A stretch of DNA of 64,000 nucleotides from Rubripirellula sp. (GCA_965216875.1 OZ244207.1:448001-512000), one strand, 5' to 3'. Positions 37,455 through 47,995 are shown, numbered from the stretch's first letter. Notes: a model not told the origin generated them from the sequence alone. Program-made: numbers and translations.

Positions 37455-38845
37455 GTGGCGTGAGCATCTTGTTTCGGGGCGGCACGCTCATCACACCCGA
37501 CAGTCGCCAACAGAATGACCTTCTTGTGCGCGGCGAAACGATTGCCGAAATCGCTCCGTCCATCGATCCGAATCGAGACGACATCGACGAAGTGGTCGAC
37601 GCATCGGGCAAGTACATCTTTCCAGGTTTCATCGACCCCCACGTTCATATCTACCTGCCCTTCATGGGAACGTTCGCAAAGGACGATTACGATTCTGGAA
37701 GTCGTGCGGCACTGGTCGGCGGTACCACCACCTTGATCGAAATGGTGTGTCCGGCGCGCGATGATGATCCGGTTGAAGCGTACGAGTTGTGGAAAAGCAA
37801 AGCGGCAGGGATTTCCGCGTGTGACTACACGTTTCATATGGGGGTGACACGATTTGATGCAGACACACCACGCCAGCTTCGCAAGATCATCGACGATGAC
37901 ATCACCTCGCTGAAAGTCTTTTTGGCCTACAAAGGTGCGCTCGGAATCTCCGACGACGAGCTGTTCCAAACATGTAAATTTGCCGCCGAAGCGGGGGTGA
38001 CGGTCACCGCACATTGCGAGAACGCTGAGTTAGTTGCCCAGCTTCAAGCTCAATTGGTTGCCGCGGGAAAGGTTGGCCCGGAATTCCATGAACCGTCGCG
38101 TCCCACCCAGGTCGAAGCCGATGGCGTGCACCACTTTTGTACGTTCCTGGAAATGACCGGCGCGCGAGGGTACATCGTGCACACGTCTTGTCGGGATGCG
38201 GTCGAGGCAGCGCAGGGATTCCAAACACGCGGTGTCAACGTTGCGATCGAAGCGGTGATCCCACACTTGGTGCTCGACAAAAGCTACGCCGAGCGGCCTG
38301 ACTTTGAAGGCGCCAAGTACGTGATGAGCCCGCCCCTTCGCGACATATCGGACCAGGAGTATTTGTGGCATGCGATTCAACGCGGTGTGATTGAAACGGT
38401 TGCAACCGACCACGCCCCGTTTGACTTTGCGGGGCAAAAGGAAATGGGACGCCCACCCGAATCGGACTTCACCAAGATTCCCAACGGCATTCCCTCGGTC
38501 GAGCAACGACCAACGTTGCTGTACCATCACGGTTTCACCGCTGGTCGTATCGGCTTGGACCGATTCGTCGAACTGCTTTCAACGGCGCCGGCAAAGCAAT
38601 TTGGAATGTTCCCAAGAAAGGGAACGCTGCAGGTCGGGAGCGATGCCGACTTGGTGGTTTGGGATCCGAACTACCGTGGGACGATTTCAGCTGACACGCA
38701 TCTGATGAATACGGACTACGACGGTTTCGAAGGTTTTGAAATCTCAGGCCGTCCCAGTTTGGTGACCTGTCGCGGTCTGATATCGGCACGCGATGGCAGG
38801 TTCGTCGGGCAACCAGGACACGGAAAACAAGTCGCACGCGGCTAG
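37451..38845 (+). CDS. hydA: Dihydropyrimidinase
   Basis: PGFIDPHVH, GGTTT, LKVFLAY, AHCEN, YVMSPPLR, ATDHAPF, FTKIPNG, GSDADLVVWD. Confidence 0.92.
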   Translation: MSGVSILFRGGTLITPDSRQQNDLLVRGETIAEIAPSIDPNRDDIDEVVDASGKYIFPGFIDPHVHIYLPFMGTFAKDDYDSGSRAALVGGTTTLIEMVCPARDDDPVEAYELWKSKAAGISACDYTFHMGVTRFDADTPRQLRKIIDDDITSLKVFLAYKGALGISDDELFQTCKFAAEAGVTVTAHCENAELVAQLQAQLVAAGKVGPEFHEPSRPTQVEADGVHHFCTFLEMTGARGYIVHTSCRDAVEAAQGFQTRGVNVAIEAVIPHLVLDKSYAERPDFEGAKYVMSPPLRDISDQEYLWHAIQRGVIETVATDHAPFDFAGQKEMGRPPESDFTKIPNGIPSVEQRPTLLYHHGFTAGRIGLDRFVELLSTAPAKQFGMFPRKGTLQVGSDADLVVWDPNYRGTISADTHLMNTDYDGFEGFEISGRPSLVTCRGLISARDGRFVGQPGHGKQVARG

Positions 38846-38850
38846 TGTTT

Positions 38851-38972
38851 GTCGCCTTTCGCTCCGCGAAAGTAGCGTAACTCAGGTCGTGCCCGTGAGC
38901 CGCCGGCCGTTAGGCCTCGGGCCCTACACGCAGTTCGCTCAAGGCCCGGCCGCTTACGCGATCACGGCTCAC
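38851..38972. repeat. REP-like elements: GTCGCCTTTCGCTCCGCGAAAGTAGC hairpin plus a GTGAGCCG...CGGCTCAC doublet
   Basis: Inverted termini gtgagccg (38895) and cggctcac (38972); the right arm matches 16157-16187 in reverse. Confidence 0.75.
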
Positions 38973-38981
38973 TTGTGTGGC

Positions 38982-39506
38982 CTACTTGATCCGTTTCATG
39001 GTGCTCTTTGAGAACGCTTTCCATGTGCCATCTTCCGATTTCATTTCGGAAACGGCAGCGATTTCATCTTCCGAATTGAACTCGTAGATGTCTCGGTAGT
39101 CTCGCACCACTTTGGGATTGGTCATGTCTGGCCCGCTGGCTTCCAGCACAATGACCTTGCCATTCTTCTGGTGCGTTCCCGTGTAATGCCAAATGTGGTT
39201 CGACGTCGCGTCGACCCACGTGCCGACGAATCGTTTTTTCGTCTCGTCGTAGCCGAGCGTCTGAACCGAAAACTCGCCTGATGGAAACGTGATCTCGCTG
39301 ACCAGCCAACGATTCCCAATCGTCCTCGATTCCATTGTCCCGCTGAACTGTGTCGCCCACTTCCCTTCGAATTGCTTGAGCCAATCGAATGCCTTGCGGC
39401 TGTTGGGCTCGGCAGCTTTCGATTCCGCTGCGCCCTTTTCGTCGGCCGCATCTTGAGCCAAGCAGGAAACGGGAAACAGGACCATGAAACATAGAAGCGT
39501 TTTCAT
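38982..39506 (-). CDS. Secreted DUF1579-like protein
   Basis: Signal peptide; WLKQFEGKW, LGYDETKKRFVGTWVD, YRDIYEF. Confidence 0.75.
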   Translation of the reverse strand: MKTLLCFMVLFPVSCLAQDAADEKGAAESKAAEPNSRKAFDWLKQFEGKWATQFSGTMESRTIGNRWLVSEITFPSGEFSVQTLGYDETKKRFVGTWVDATSNHIWHYTGTHQKNGKVIVLEASGPDMTNPKVVRDYRDIYEFNSEDEIAAVSEMKSEDGTWKAFSKSTMKRIK

Positions 39507-39700
39507 CAGCAGACTCTCGGGTGGTCATCGGGTTAGCGGCGAAGTTTCACAACGGCCATTGCATTGATTTTAGTCGTCGTCGCAATCGATTTGGGGTTGG
39601 AGCGAGCGATCGCGGTTTGCTACATGCCAAGTGACTTTGTCCCATTGGTGGCACCGGTGCCACACAGGGCAGAGAGAGTTCAAGTGATTCAGGAACCAGA

Positions 39701-40417
39701 ATGTCTAGCGATTTGCGGCGTTTTTCGCCCTTCTTCACCGTAGCGCTCGCCATCACCGCAGTTGGGTTGACCGGTTGCCAGGATGGACCGATGTACGCAC
39801 TGAAGACGGTTAACCCGTACTACGTGTTAAACGAATGGAAAGCTGACGAAGCCTATGGCGTGACCGATCATCAGCGAATGTCGCAGCTCGCCGATTTGGC
39901 GGATTCGATTCACGAGATGTCGGCCGAAGAGCAAAAGACGTGGTTTGAGCACCTCAAGAACATTGGTGAAACGGACCCGAGTCCGGAAATGCGACGCTTG
40001 GTTGTGCGGGCCGCACGCAATCTTGACGGAACGATGGCGATGCCGCTGATCGAAACCGGGCTCGACGACGACAGTATGAAAGTGCGCATGGAAGCATGCC
40101 GTTCGCTTGGCGTTCGCGGCGGCGATCAAGAAGCTCGCCTGCTCGCCGCCACGCTCGGAACCGAAACCAATCTCGACGTAAAGCAAGCTGCAATTCGCGC
40201 GCTGGGCGAGCACCAAAACGCGACGGCGATCGATTCGCTTCGCGTTGCACTCAACGATCGGAACCCAGCCACACGGACACTCGCTGTCGAATCACTTCGA
40301 GGCTCGACGGGAAAAGACTACGGCGACGATCCTGAGGTTTGGATCGCGGCATTGGAAGGCAAACCGACCGAAGAAACGCCTACCCGATTTGCTGATCGAC
40401 TACGAAGCTTCTTTTAA
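39701..40417 (+). CDS. HEAT-repeat lipoprotein
   Basis: Lipobox LTGC; repeated D...VR..A..LG units; GKDYGDD..W C-terminus. Confidence 0.8.
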   Translation: MSSDLRRFSPFFTVALAITAVGLTGCQDGPMYALKTVNPYYVLNEWKADEAYGVTDHQRMSQLADLADSIHEMSAEEQKTWFEHLKNIGETDPSPEMRRLVVRAARNLDGTMAMPLIETGLDDDSMKVRMEACRSLGVRGGDQEARLLAATLGTETNLDVKQAAIRALGEHQNATAIDSLRVALNDRNPATRTLAVESLRGSTGKDYGDDPEVWIAALEGKPTEETPTRFADRLRSFF

Positions 40418-42012
40418 TGCCAGTGATGGTCCCTCCCTTGATCACGACTTACTTTCGTTTGCGCAATGCCCTGTTGTCAGCCCTCGTGGCGGTTGGGATT
40501 GCCACGACTTCGTTCTTGCTGCCGACCGTTTGCGTCGCCGAAGAACCGGCACGCATTTGGGTTGATTCCGTAGGTCGTCACAGTGTCAATGCGGCGCTAA
40601 TCGCAACCGACGGTGAATTCGTCTCGCTGCGCCGTGGTGACGGCCAAACCGTGATGTTGCGGGTCTCTGAGCTTAGTCAGAACGACAAGCAATACCTCGA
40701 CGCCTTCGAAAAACGACAGCTCTCCCAAGACAATCCACTGCGGCTCAATCCTGCGGCATCGCCAACCTCCAAGCCACTGCCGCCGCTCGATCTTCTGCCA
40801 GCACATCATCTGGCCGAAGCAGGCGTGCCGCTACGAATCGCCGACGCCACCCGGTCCTACGTTCCCGACAGCACGCCGCGATCGCTGCGGTCGGATGGCC
40901 AGCCCTTTCCGGCAACGGCCACGTCAGCGCAGTTCCCGATGGCACGCGTCGATTTGCACGACACCTGCTCGCGACCGATTCCACTGGTGAATCCCAACTC
41001 CAAGCAGGTGACATCGATCGCAGTTTCGGCCAGCAAGGGTGTGGTCGCGCCGGGGAATTCGACCAACGGCGCAATCCTGATTTTTGATCCCGAGACTTCC
41101 ATGATGAAGCCAGTCTGGATCGGCCGCGACCGAATTGAACTTTTCGACTTTCACGCTCCTTCCCAACGCGGACTCGTTCTTGTCGGTCAAGACGTGCTTG
41201 GCCAAGGTGGCCAGATGGTTGTGGCGACTGGCTGGGACGAAGGCAAACTCAAATTCTCATTCCAACGCCCGATCTTCAATGGTCGTGGTGTTGGCAAAGC
41301 CCCCAAAATTCGCTGGGCACGTTGGGTTGATGAAGAACACTTCATCGCTGTGGTCGACCAAACCGTCGGTCTTTGGAACTTTGTGTCGGGCGAACAGATG
41401 TATCGCATTTCCGGAATTCACGCCAAGGCTGCACCCGCGATCTCGAGCGGACGCCGCTACATCGCCATTCCACGCGAAGGAACCGTTGAAGTACGGCGCA
41501 CCAGCGATGGGGTCGCGGTCGGTCAGATTCCTGTTGACGATGGCTCGCTCGCTTCCGTCGCGTTTTCGCCCGACGGCGACTCGCTTGCGTTGGTGACCTC
41601 GCGTCGCCTACGTGTTTGGAAACTCGGCAGCGCAACGCTCAGCACGGACCTTCGTGTTCGAGAGAGTCTCGGAAAGCGGCAGCCAACTTGGATCAGCAAC
41701 GATCTGATTCTGAGCGGGTCAGGAGTTCTGGTGAGCTTGTTTCGTCAGCGTCCCGTTTGGCGTTACGAATTGGCCAGCGCGTCGGCTTGTCGTCTTGGCG
41801 ACCACGTTGGCTTGTTCCGTAAGCATCCTGACACTTCGCTCGTGATTGATCAGCTACCCCATCAAGGTGCGATCGAAGCACTCGGTCGGATCGATTCCGG
41901 CGCGGCCGCAAATCTGGATGGTGCTTCGATTTTGGGCCGCAGCGACTGGCAAAATGGCGTTTGGACCGACCGACCGTGGCGGGTGAGCGCGAGACCGAAA
42001 GCCCGTCGATAA
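40417..42012 (+). CDS. Secreted SHD1-domain protein with a WD40-like propeller
   Basis: RIWVDSVGRHSVNA...LSQNDKQYL (SHD1-like); SVAFSPDG...LRVW. Confidence 0.75.
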   Translation: MPVMVPPLITTYFRLRNALLSALVAVGIATTSFLLPTVCVAEEPARIWVDSVGRHSVNAALIATDGEFVSLRRGDGQTVMLRVSELSQNDKQYLDAFEKRQLSQDNPLRLNPAASPTSKPLPPLDLLPAHHLAEAGVPLRIADATRSYVPDSTPRSLRSDGQPFPATATSAQFPMARVDLHDTCSRPIPLVNPNSKQVTSIAVSASKGVVAPGNSTNGAILIFDPETSMMKPVWIGRDRIELFDFHAPSQRGLVLVGQDVLGQGGQMVVATGWDEGKLKFSFQRPIFNGRGVGKAPKIRWARWVDEEHFIAVVDQTVGLWNFVSGEQMYRISGIHAKAAPAISSGRRYIAIPREGTVEVRRTSDGVAVGQIPVDDGSLASVAFSPDGDSLALVTSRRLRVWKLGSATLSTDLRVRESLGKRQPTWISNDLILSGSGVLVSLFRQRPVWRYELASASACRLGDHVGLFRKHPDTSLVIDQLPHQGAIEALGRIDSGAAANLDGASILGRSDWQNGVWTDRPWRVSARPKARR

Positions 42013-42194
42013 CGAGCGTTTCGATCGACTGAGTACAAAACCTCTCACTGGCGCACAGATTTGTGGGCCGGTTATTCCAGTTTTCGGGGTCAATAGGCCG
42101 ATAAGGGTCGTAATGGTCTGTTCCGAAGTTTCGGTTCGTCTGTCACGAACCGTGGAACACGGCTGTTTCACATGACCCAATCAGATCAATTGGC

Positions 42195-44384
42195 ATGCGT
42201 CACCAACCAACACACAGCAGCTTGAATCCGGAAACCCGCACCGGCCAGCTGCGTCGTCGACGCCTGAGCCGTCTCGCACTTTGTTCTTTGATCACCATGT
42301 CGAGTGGATGTGGATGGATCAAACGCAAACTGCCTCCTGGCAAGTACGACACCAAAGCGTCCTACCATGACAACCATGGTTTGCAGATCGAGTATCCGGA
42401 AGTCGCGCAGTGCGCCGAAACGGAACCGACCGTCGCAGCAAAATCGGCAATCGATCCGCTTTCGCTGGAAGACCCCTCACAGATCCCGTCGTTCGACCTG
42501 ACGCTTGAAGAGGCGATCAAGATCGCAGTCGAGCAGAGCCCGGTGCTGCGTAGCATTGGCGGAACGGTGGTCGATGCACCTCAGGCAACACCGACGATCT
42601 ATGACCCAAGCTTGACCAGCGCAAGTCCTGTGCAGGGTACCGAGGCTGCTCTGGCAGCGTTTGACACGCAATTTACCCAGCAGCTTTTCTGGAACACCAA
42701 CGACCAGCCAAACAACCTGTTCTTCAATCCCGTTGTTGCCCAATTCCAAGCGAGTGTGCTTGAAGGTACCAACGCGACCTACTCGGGCGATCTTTCCAAG
42801 CAAACGGCTCAAGGTGCAAGTTTCGCCTTGCGACATGTTGTGAATTACACGCGCAACAACATTCCCAGTCGTGCGTTCTCGAGCGCGTTCGATGGATGGA
42901 TCGAAGCGGAGTGGCGTCAACCGTTGATGCAAGGCGCCGGCACGACCTTCAATCGTATCGCCGGTCCCAACAGTTTGCCTGGGCAATACAACGGTGTCTT
43001 GATTGCGCGAGTGAACGAAGACACGGCGCTGGCGGATTTCGAAGACGCGTTGGTCCAGCTGGTTTCGGATGTCGAACAGGCCTATTGGGATTTGGTCGTC
43101 GCCTACCGGGTGCTCGACGCAACCGTCAAAGGGCGCGAAGCCGCCCAGCAAACGTTCCAGTTCCAACAAGTGCGTTTGGAAGTGGGATCAGGACGCAGCG
43201 ACGAAGAAGCACAAGCTCGTTCGCAGTTCTATCAATTCCAGGCTCAGGTTGAAGCGACGCTAGGTGGGACTCAAGGCCTTTACGCACTCGAACAACGCCT
43301 GCGTTATTTGATCGGGATGCCAGCGACCGATGGCCGTTTGATCCGCCCGACAACCAACCCAACCGACGTGAAAGTTGTCTTCGACTGGGAAAGTGCGCTT
43401 GGCCAAGCGCTTGGGCGGCGCGTTGAAATTCGACGCCAAATGTTGCAGGTTCGGCGACGCGAAATGGAGCTGACCGCAGCGCGTTTGAATCTTCGTCCGA
43501 GACTTGATTTCCTGGCCCAATACCGTTGGCGAGGACTGGGGAACCATCTCATTGGCAGCACGACCCAGGGCATCATTGATCCCGGTACAGGCTTGCCCAA
43601 TTCCGGCAGTAACCTTTACGGCAACATCGCGAGTGGCGATTACCAGGAAGCCCAGGCCGGTTTCGAAATGAACTTTCCTGTTGGTTTGCGGACGGCAAGT
43701 GTCGCCGTTTCGCACGCCAAGTTGAACCTTCGTCGAGAACGCGCGCTGCTGGCCGAAACCGAACTCCGCGTCTCACACGATCTGTCCAGTGCGGCGCGAC
43801 AGGTTGCGTTGACGCACAAGTTGCTCGAAACAAACTACAACCGATTCGTCGCCGATATCCGCCAAGTGGACGTCTTGCGTCGTCGCTATCGGGACGGGAA
43901 CGACAACATCAACTTCCTGTTGCAGGCTCAGCGTCAAGCGGTCACAAGCGCGACCGAGTTCTACGTTTCGCTCGGCAATTACAACTTGGCCATTCGCGAC
44001 TTCCATCGCGAGAAGGGATCGCTGCTCGCGTACAACCAGGTTCAATTGGCGGAAGGCCCATGGGCAGCCGGAGCGAATTACTCGGCTCACCAAGTTGGTC
44101 GTTTCTTAGCGCCACGCCGTCATCCAGAAAAGACGTACGTGCCTGCACCTGTCGCACGCGGCGCGTTCGATCCGTCGGCGGTTCAGGACACGTCGGGCGC
44201 TTTGGGCACGGCGGGCGGATCGATGCCAACCGAAGTGATCGAGGCGGTCCCATCACCCGCCGAACCCGTTGCGGCACCCGAAGCAGACGCCGCCCCCGAT
44301 GCAATCATGCCCGATGCAGCCGAGGCGCCCCTGATTCCGCCAGCGCCAACCCCCGAGATCCCCGAGTTGCCGGCCCCGAAGTGA
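42195..44384 (+). CDS. TolC-family outer membrane channel (planctomycete type)
   Basis: Lipobox SSGC; LTLEEAI, QPLMQGAG, DVEQAYWDL, PRLDF, LLQAQ; Pro-rich tail. Confidence 0.85.
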   Translation: MRHQPTHSSLNPETRTGQLRRRRLSRLALCSLITMSSGCGWIKRKLPPGKYDTKASYHDNHGLQIEYPEVAQCAETEPTVAAKSAIDPLSLEDPSQIPSFDLTLEEAIKIAVEQSPVLRSIGGTVVDAPQATPTIYDPSLTSASPVQGTEAALAAFDTQFTQQLFWNTNDQPNNLFFNPVVAQFQASVLEGTNATYSGDLSKQTAQGASFALRHVVNYTRNNIPSRAFSSAFDGWIEAEWRQPLMQGAGTTFNRIAGPNSLPGQYNGVLIARVNEDTALADFEDALVQLVSDVEQAYWDLVVAYRVLDATVKGREAAQQTFQFQQVRLEVGSGRSDEEAQARSQFYQFQAQVEATLGGTQGLYALEQRLRYLIGMPATDGRLIRPTTNPTDVKVVFDWESALGQALGRRVEIRRQMLQVRRREMELTAARLNLRPRLDFLAQYRWRGLGNHLIGSTTQGIIDPGTGLPNSGSNLYGNIASGDYQEAQAGFEMNFPVGLRTASVAVSHAKLNLRRERALLAETELRVSHDLSSAARQVALTHKLLETNYNRFVADIRQVDVLRRRYRDGNDNINFLLQAQRQAVTSATEFYVSLGNYNLAIRDFHREKGSLLAYNQVQLAEGPWAAGANYSAHQVGRFLAPRRHPEKTYVPAPVARGAFDPSAVQDTSGALGTAGGSMPTEVIEAVPSPAEPVAAPEADAAPDAIMPDAAEAPLIPPAPTPEIPELPAPK

Positions 44385-44397
44385 TCGGTCGGTATCT

Positions 44398-44456
44398 GGG
44401 AGGGCGACGCTCCTGCGGAGCTTTAACGCACGGCTCGGCGGGAGCCTCGCACTCCC
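44398..44456. repeat. REPIN-like doublet, family GGGAGGGCGA (copy 1)
   Basis: gggagggcgacgctcctgcggagc-N-ggctcggcgggagcctcgcactccc; 59 bp with inverted ends. Confidence 0.85.
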
Positions 44457-44467
44457 GAGTTTGCTTG

Positions 44468-44974
44468 CTACTCCCAACGCAGGTCGTAAATCATTCCTGA
44501 GTAGGGCCATTCCTCTGGATGGTCGACCAACTCGGCGCGCACCGGATTCCAATGAATGTAGTTCCATGCGCGCTCGTATTCCTGTTGCGATCGGACCCTA
44601 CGATCCCAGTGATCTGTCTGCCATCGATGTTGGCGGTCGCCGTGTCTTTTGGTGAACTGAGATTTCCAGTATCGCACCCAGCTCTCGATCGTGAGGTCAC
44701 CGAACTCGCCAGCGAATAAGTGAATGTGCTCCGGCATGATCACGTAACGTCCAACTCGCCAGACATCGGCTTGCTCCCACACGTCGAACAGTAGATTGCG
44801 GACGTCATCATTGTCCAACCACGGCGAGCGGCGATGAGTGCAGACAGTGACGCACACGATGGTTGGCTGATATGCGAACCCGAGAGTCCCGTGAACGGGG
44901 TGGCGTCTTTGAAGGTTTTGTTTGGCGGACGATGAGGCTGAGAGTGAGCCTGGCGCGCGGTTTTGGTCTTTCAT
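44468..44974 (-). mobile_element. REP-associated tyrosine transposase (RAYT/TnpA-REP, HUH Y1 family) #1
   Basis: YVIMPEHIH (HUH), WQTDHWDRRVR, YIHWNPVRAELVDHPEEWPYS; flanked on both sides by REP doublets. Confidence 0.88.
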
Positions 44975-45073
44975 GAACTGTGCCCCTCAGTTCCTGGTGA
45001 ATCAACTTCTTTCTATACGAATTGTATCCCTCGCACGTATTCGGTTCGCAGCATTTTTCGGGAGGGGCCTTTC

Positions 45074-45236
45074 GGGAGGGCGACGCTCCTGCGGAGCTGT
45101 AGCATGCGGCTCGGCGGGAGCCTCGCCCTCCCGGCATTCGATCCCTGAAACGAGTCTTGGAATTGGCAGCATTGGTTGGGAGGGCAACGCTCCCGCGGAG
45201 CTGTAGCTTGCGGCTCGGCGGGAGCCTCGCCCTCCC
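45074..45236. repeat. Two further 59-bp GGGAGGGCGA REPIN-like doublets (45074-45132 and 45178-45236)
   Basis: Near-identical to 44398-44456. Confidence 0.85.
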
Positions 45237-45261
45237 GAGTCTGATCCCTAGCCGGGCGCAC

Positions 45262-45295
45262 GAAAAAAGCTCGCCAGAATTCTCTGACGAGCTTT
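45262..45295 (-). terminator. Rho-independent terminator downstream of tRNA-Pro
   Basis: Minus strand reads AAAGCTCGTCAGA...TCTGGCGAGCTTT followed by a T tract. Confidence 0.65.
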
Positions 45296-45306
45296 GTTTC
45301 TTACGG

Positions 45307-45382
<76 letters not shown>

Positions 45383-45691
45383 AGGCGTGTGGCAAACCGC
45401 GTCGGGTTTGTCACTTCAGTGAGAGGCACAAAATAGCGGACAAAGCCTTTTCGCGAAAGGTTCACTTGACCCCGCATTTTCCGGGCTTTGCGTCATTTCG
45501 AAAAAAAACTTTTCGGAGCAATGACGTTTTTCGACATCCCCAAAGCAACGTCGGTGATGCGGTTGGCTCCACCGAAAGCGACATCCTACGGGCCCTATTC
45601 TGCTCGGAGGGCACGAAAGTCTGCCTACTTTCGGCGGAGCGAACAGCACATGGAATCGCTCAGATGGATGAACATCTGCTCTGATAGTATC

Positions 45692-45725
45692 AAAAACGCC
45701 CCCCCTGGCTATGCCGGGGGGGGCG
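45692..45725 (-). terminator. Rho-independent terminator after the DUF1559 operon
   Basis: cgccccccc...gggggggcg stem with an A5 run on + (a T tract on -). Confidence 0.7.
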
Positions 45726-45741
45726 ATAAAGTCAAATTTAA

Positions 45742-45918
45742 CTATTCGCCAACACTTTGCGTGGCTTCAATCTCGGCGTCACCTGCCTCAATTGCCGCCC
45801 AATCAATGCCTTCGGGCGCTTCCAGCTTTTGTGCCTGAGAATTGTCAGCACAACCGGACACATGGATAGCGGCGATCACGAACAGGGCAGTCGCGGCAAA
45901 TCGAATGAGTTTGCTCAT
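45742..45918 (-). CDS. Small lipoprotein (58 aa) coupled to the DUF1559 gene
   Basis: [23 protein letters not shown] lipobox; ATGA overlap with the upstream stop. Confidence 0.7.
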   Translation of the reverse strand: MSKLIRFAATALFVIAAIHVSGCADNSQAQKLEAPEGIDWAAIEAGDAEIEATQSVGE

Positions 45919-47069
45919 TGATTGAATTCCTCGGTCACGACTTCTTTCGACCGAATCGTTCCCAATGCACCCCAAAGCCCGTAGGGACTTTCGATGCCCA
46001 CGTTGCCGTAGTTTCGCGAGACGCTTTGGGACGATTTGTTGCCAGCTTCCACCGAATCCGAAATGAATTGGACCGAACCGTCAGCAAACAACACGTGCAC
46101 ACCACCTTGGTGATGGCTCGCAACGCTGAAGACGCCCGACTGCCAGCCCGTTCCCCAGCCAATTGGGCAGGTGGGCGAGTTGGGTGGCAGGACGGTGTTG
46201 AAGCCAGTGATCATCAAGTGAGCGTTCCACCATCGGCCGCCGCGTGAGGTACCGCCACTTTGCCAGATTGGGACGCTTTGGTCGATGAACTGAGGACGCT
46301 CAGGATCTCGGACCGAATCGCAAAGCGAAGGGTCGGCGCCCATCGCATTGCCACTGAAGTGGTCGTTTCGGACGACCGATCCGCCAACGTTGCGATCGCC
46401 GAGGTCGGTTTTGATTTCGCCCATCGCAACCGTGTTGGCCAATCCATCGAGGATGTCACGGAACTTGACCGGTTCCTCACGTCGGAACATGCCACGATGG
46501 ACACCGCGGTCGACCCATTGGCTCGAGGGATCGTAGCCGACGCGCAAAATCGCATCGCCATGACAAAACGCGTAGTTGGTTTGGCCTGTTCCAAGTGGTG
46601 ATTGACCGGGATCAGAGGGACAGCGCAACGTTGGTGTTTGCATTTGGTACGGATCGTACTCATTCAAGTCGGTCCAAGGTCGCGGACCAAAGGGAGGCCA
46701 AGCGCCATTGGCCATCAGCGTTGTTCCCGGGTCGGGAGTCTCGCCTGGTTCTGGCATCAATGGGTTGGACATCATCTCCCAAAGTGCTTGCTGTTCCATG
46801 AAAGGAAGCAAACCGATGTTGGCCGAGAGGAATCGCGACACATTGTGTTGCGGGCCCGTTCCGTTTGGATTGATCTGCTTGTAAGCCGAGTGATAGTTGT
46901 GCATCGCCAAGCCAATCTGCTTGAAGTTGTTGCTGCACGACATTCGACGAGCTGCTTCGCGGGCTGCCTGGACAGCTGGCAAAAGGAGTCCAACAAGGAC
47001 GCCGATGATGGCGATCACTACTAGTAGTTCGACCAGTGTGAACCCAGAGAATGGTTTACGTCTGTTCAC
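45915..47069 (-). CDS. DUF1559 prepilin-type N-terminal cleavage/methylation protein
   Basis: [57 protein letters not shown]9-DG ([12 protein letters not shown]). Confidence 0.95.
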   Translation of the reverse strand: MNRRKPFSGFTLVELLVVIAIIGVLVGLLLPAVQAAREAARRMSCSNNFKQIGLAMHNYHSAYKQINPNGTGPQHNVSRFLSANIGLLPFMEQQALWEMMSNPLMPEPGETPDPGTTLMANGAWPPFGPRPWTDLNEYDPYQMQTPTLRCPSDPGQSPLGTGQTNYAFCHGDAILRVGYDPSSQWVDRGVHRGMFRREEPVKFRDILDGLANTVAMGEIKTDLGDRNVGGSVVRNDHFSGNAMGADPSLCDSVRDPERPQFIDQSVPIWQSGGTSRGGRWWNAHLMITGFNTVLPPNSPTCPIGWGTGWQSGVFSVASHHQGGVHVLFADGSVQFISDSVEAGNKSSQSVSRNYGNVGIESPYGLWGALGTIRSKEVVTEEFNQ

Positions 47070-47410
47070 GTCCACCGCCTTCTTAAGATAGGGGAATGAG
47101 GTAGGAAAGAAGGGAAGAGTGGCGGTTGATCTCACCGATCGGTCGATTCCCGCCACCACGACCCAAGAGCGACCCCCCAGGACATTGGACTAAGAATTTG
47201 CAAAAAAGGAAAAGAATGTGACATTAGCCCAGCTTCAGTGGGGAAGCAGGTCACACAGTGGCAAGGCCCCGTCCGATGTTCGAGCGAATGCAGAATTCGG
47301 GCAATCAACATGTCCAAATGTTCCTGTTTACGCTCTTTCAAGATGGACCCGTTTCGGGTTTGCGAAACGTACGCCACTGCGCTCGTCGAAAACGTGATGA
47401 GAAGTCAGCC

Positions 47411-47995
47411 ATGAACAACGAAAACGGATCGGACCAAGACGGCGGTCGCCATCCATCCCCCGACATGGATGGGCCTTCCCCAAACATGGATGAATTTGTG
47501 CAGCTGTTGGCGGCCAATCAAAAGCGGGTCTACATCTATCTATGCAGCCTATTACCCGGCGCACGCGACGTGGATGACTTGTTTCAAGAAACGAGCCTTG
47601 TCTGTTGGCGCGAGTTTCACCGATTCACACCGGGTACCAATTTTGGTGCCTGGGCATGTACGATCGCCTTTAATCGCGTGCGTGCATGGCGCAAGAAACG
47701 TAGCAGCGACTCATTGGTCTTTAGCGACGAGTTCCTCACCGCGATTTCAAGCGAGTTGATCGAGCATGACGATGTGTTCGTGGACCGAATGGACGCACTC
47801 GAATCGTGTGTTGAGAAACTTCCTCAGCATCATCGTCAACTACTCAAACAACGTTACACGGCAGAGGAATCGATTGAGACGCTGGCCGAGCAGCTTGATC
47901 GATCCACTGATGCCGTATACCGAATGCTGAGCCGCATCCGAGCCACACTTCATAGTTGCGTCAGCCGAACACTCCAGGCTGGAGAAACATCGTGA
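47411..47995 (+). CDS. ECF sigma factor
   Basis: DDLFQET..W..F..F..GTNFGAWACTIA; region 4 LLKQRY...AVYRMLSRIR. Confidence 0.9.
   Translation: MNNENGSDQDGGRHPSPDMDGPSPNMDEFVQLLAANQKRVYIYLCSLLPGARDVDDLFQETSLVCWREFHRFTPGTNFGAWACTIAFNRVRAWRKKRSSDSLVFSDEFLTAISSELIEHDDVFVDRMDALESCVEKLPQHHRQLLKQRYTAEESIETLAEQLDRSTDAVYRMLSRIRATLHSCVSRTLQAGETS

Noticed and set aside
44468..44974. IS200/IS605 insertion sequence or tRNA-integrated island
   Set aside because: No tnpB, integrase or duplicated tRNA 3' end was seen; multiple flanking REP doublets fit a RAYT locus.
45491..45650. Inverted repeats between tRNA-Pro and the DUF1559 operon terminator
   Set aside because: They are imperfect and may be a decayed REP (ctactttcggcggagcgaa resembles the 38851 family); too weak to call an ncRNA.
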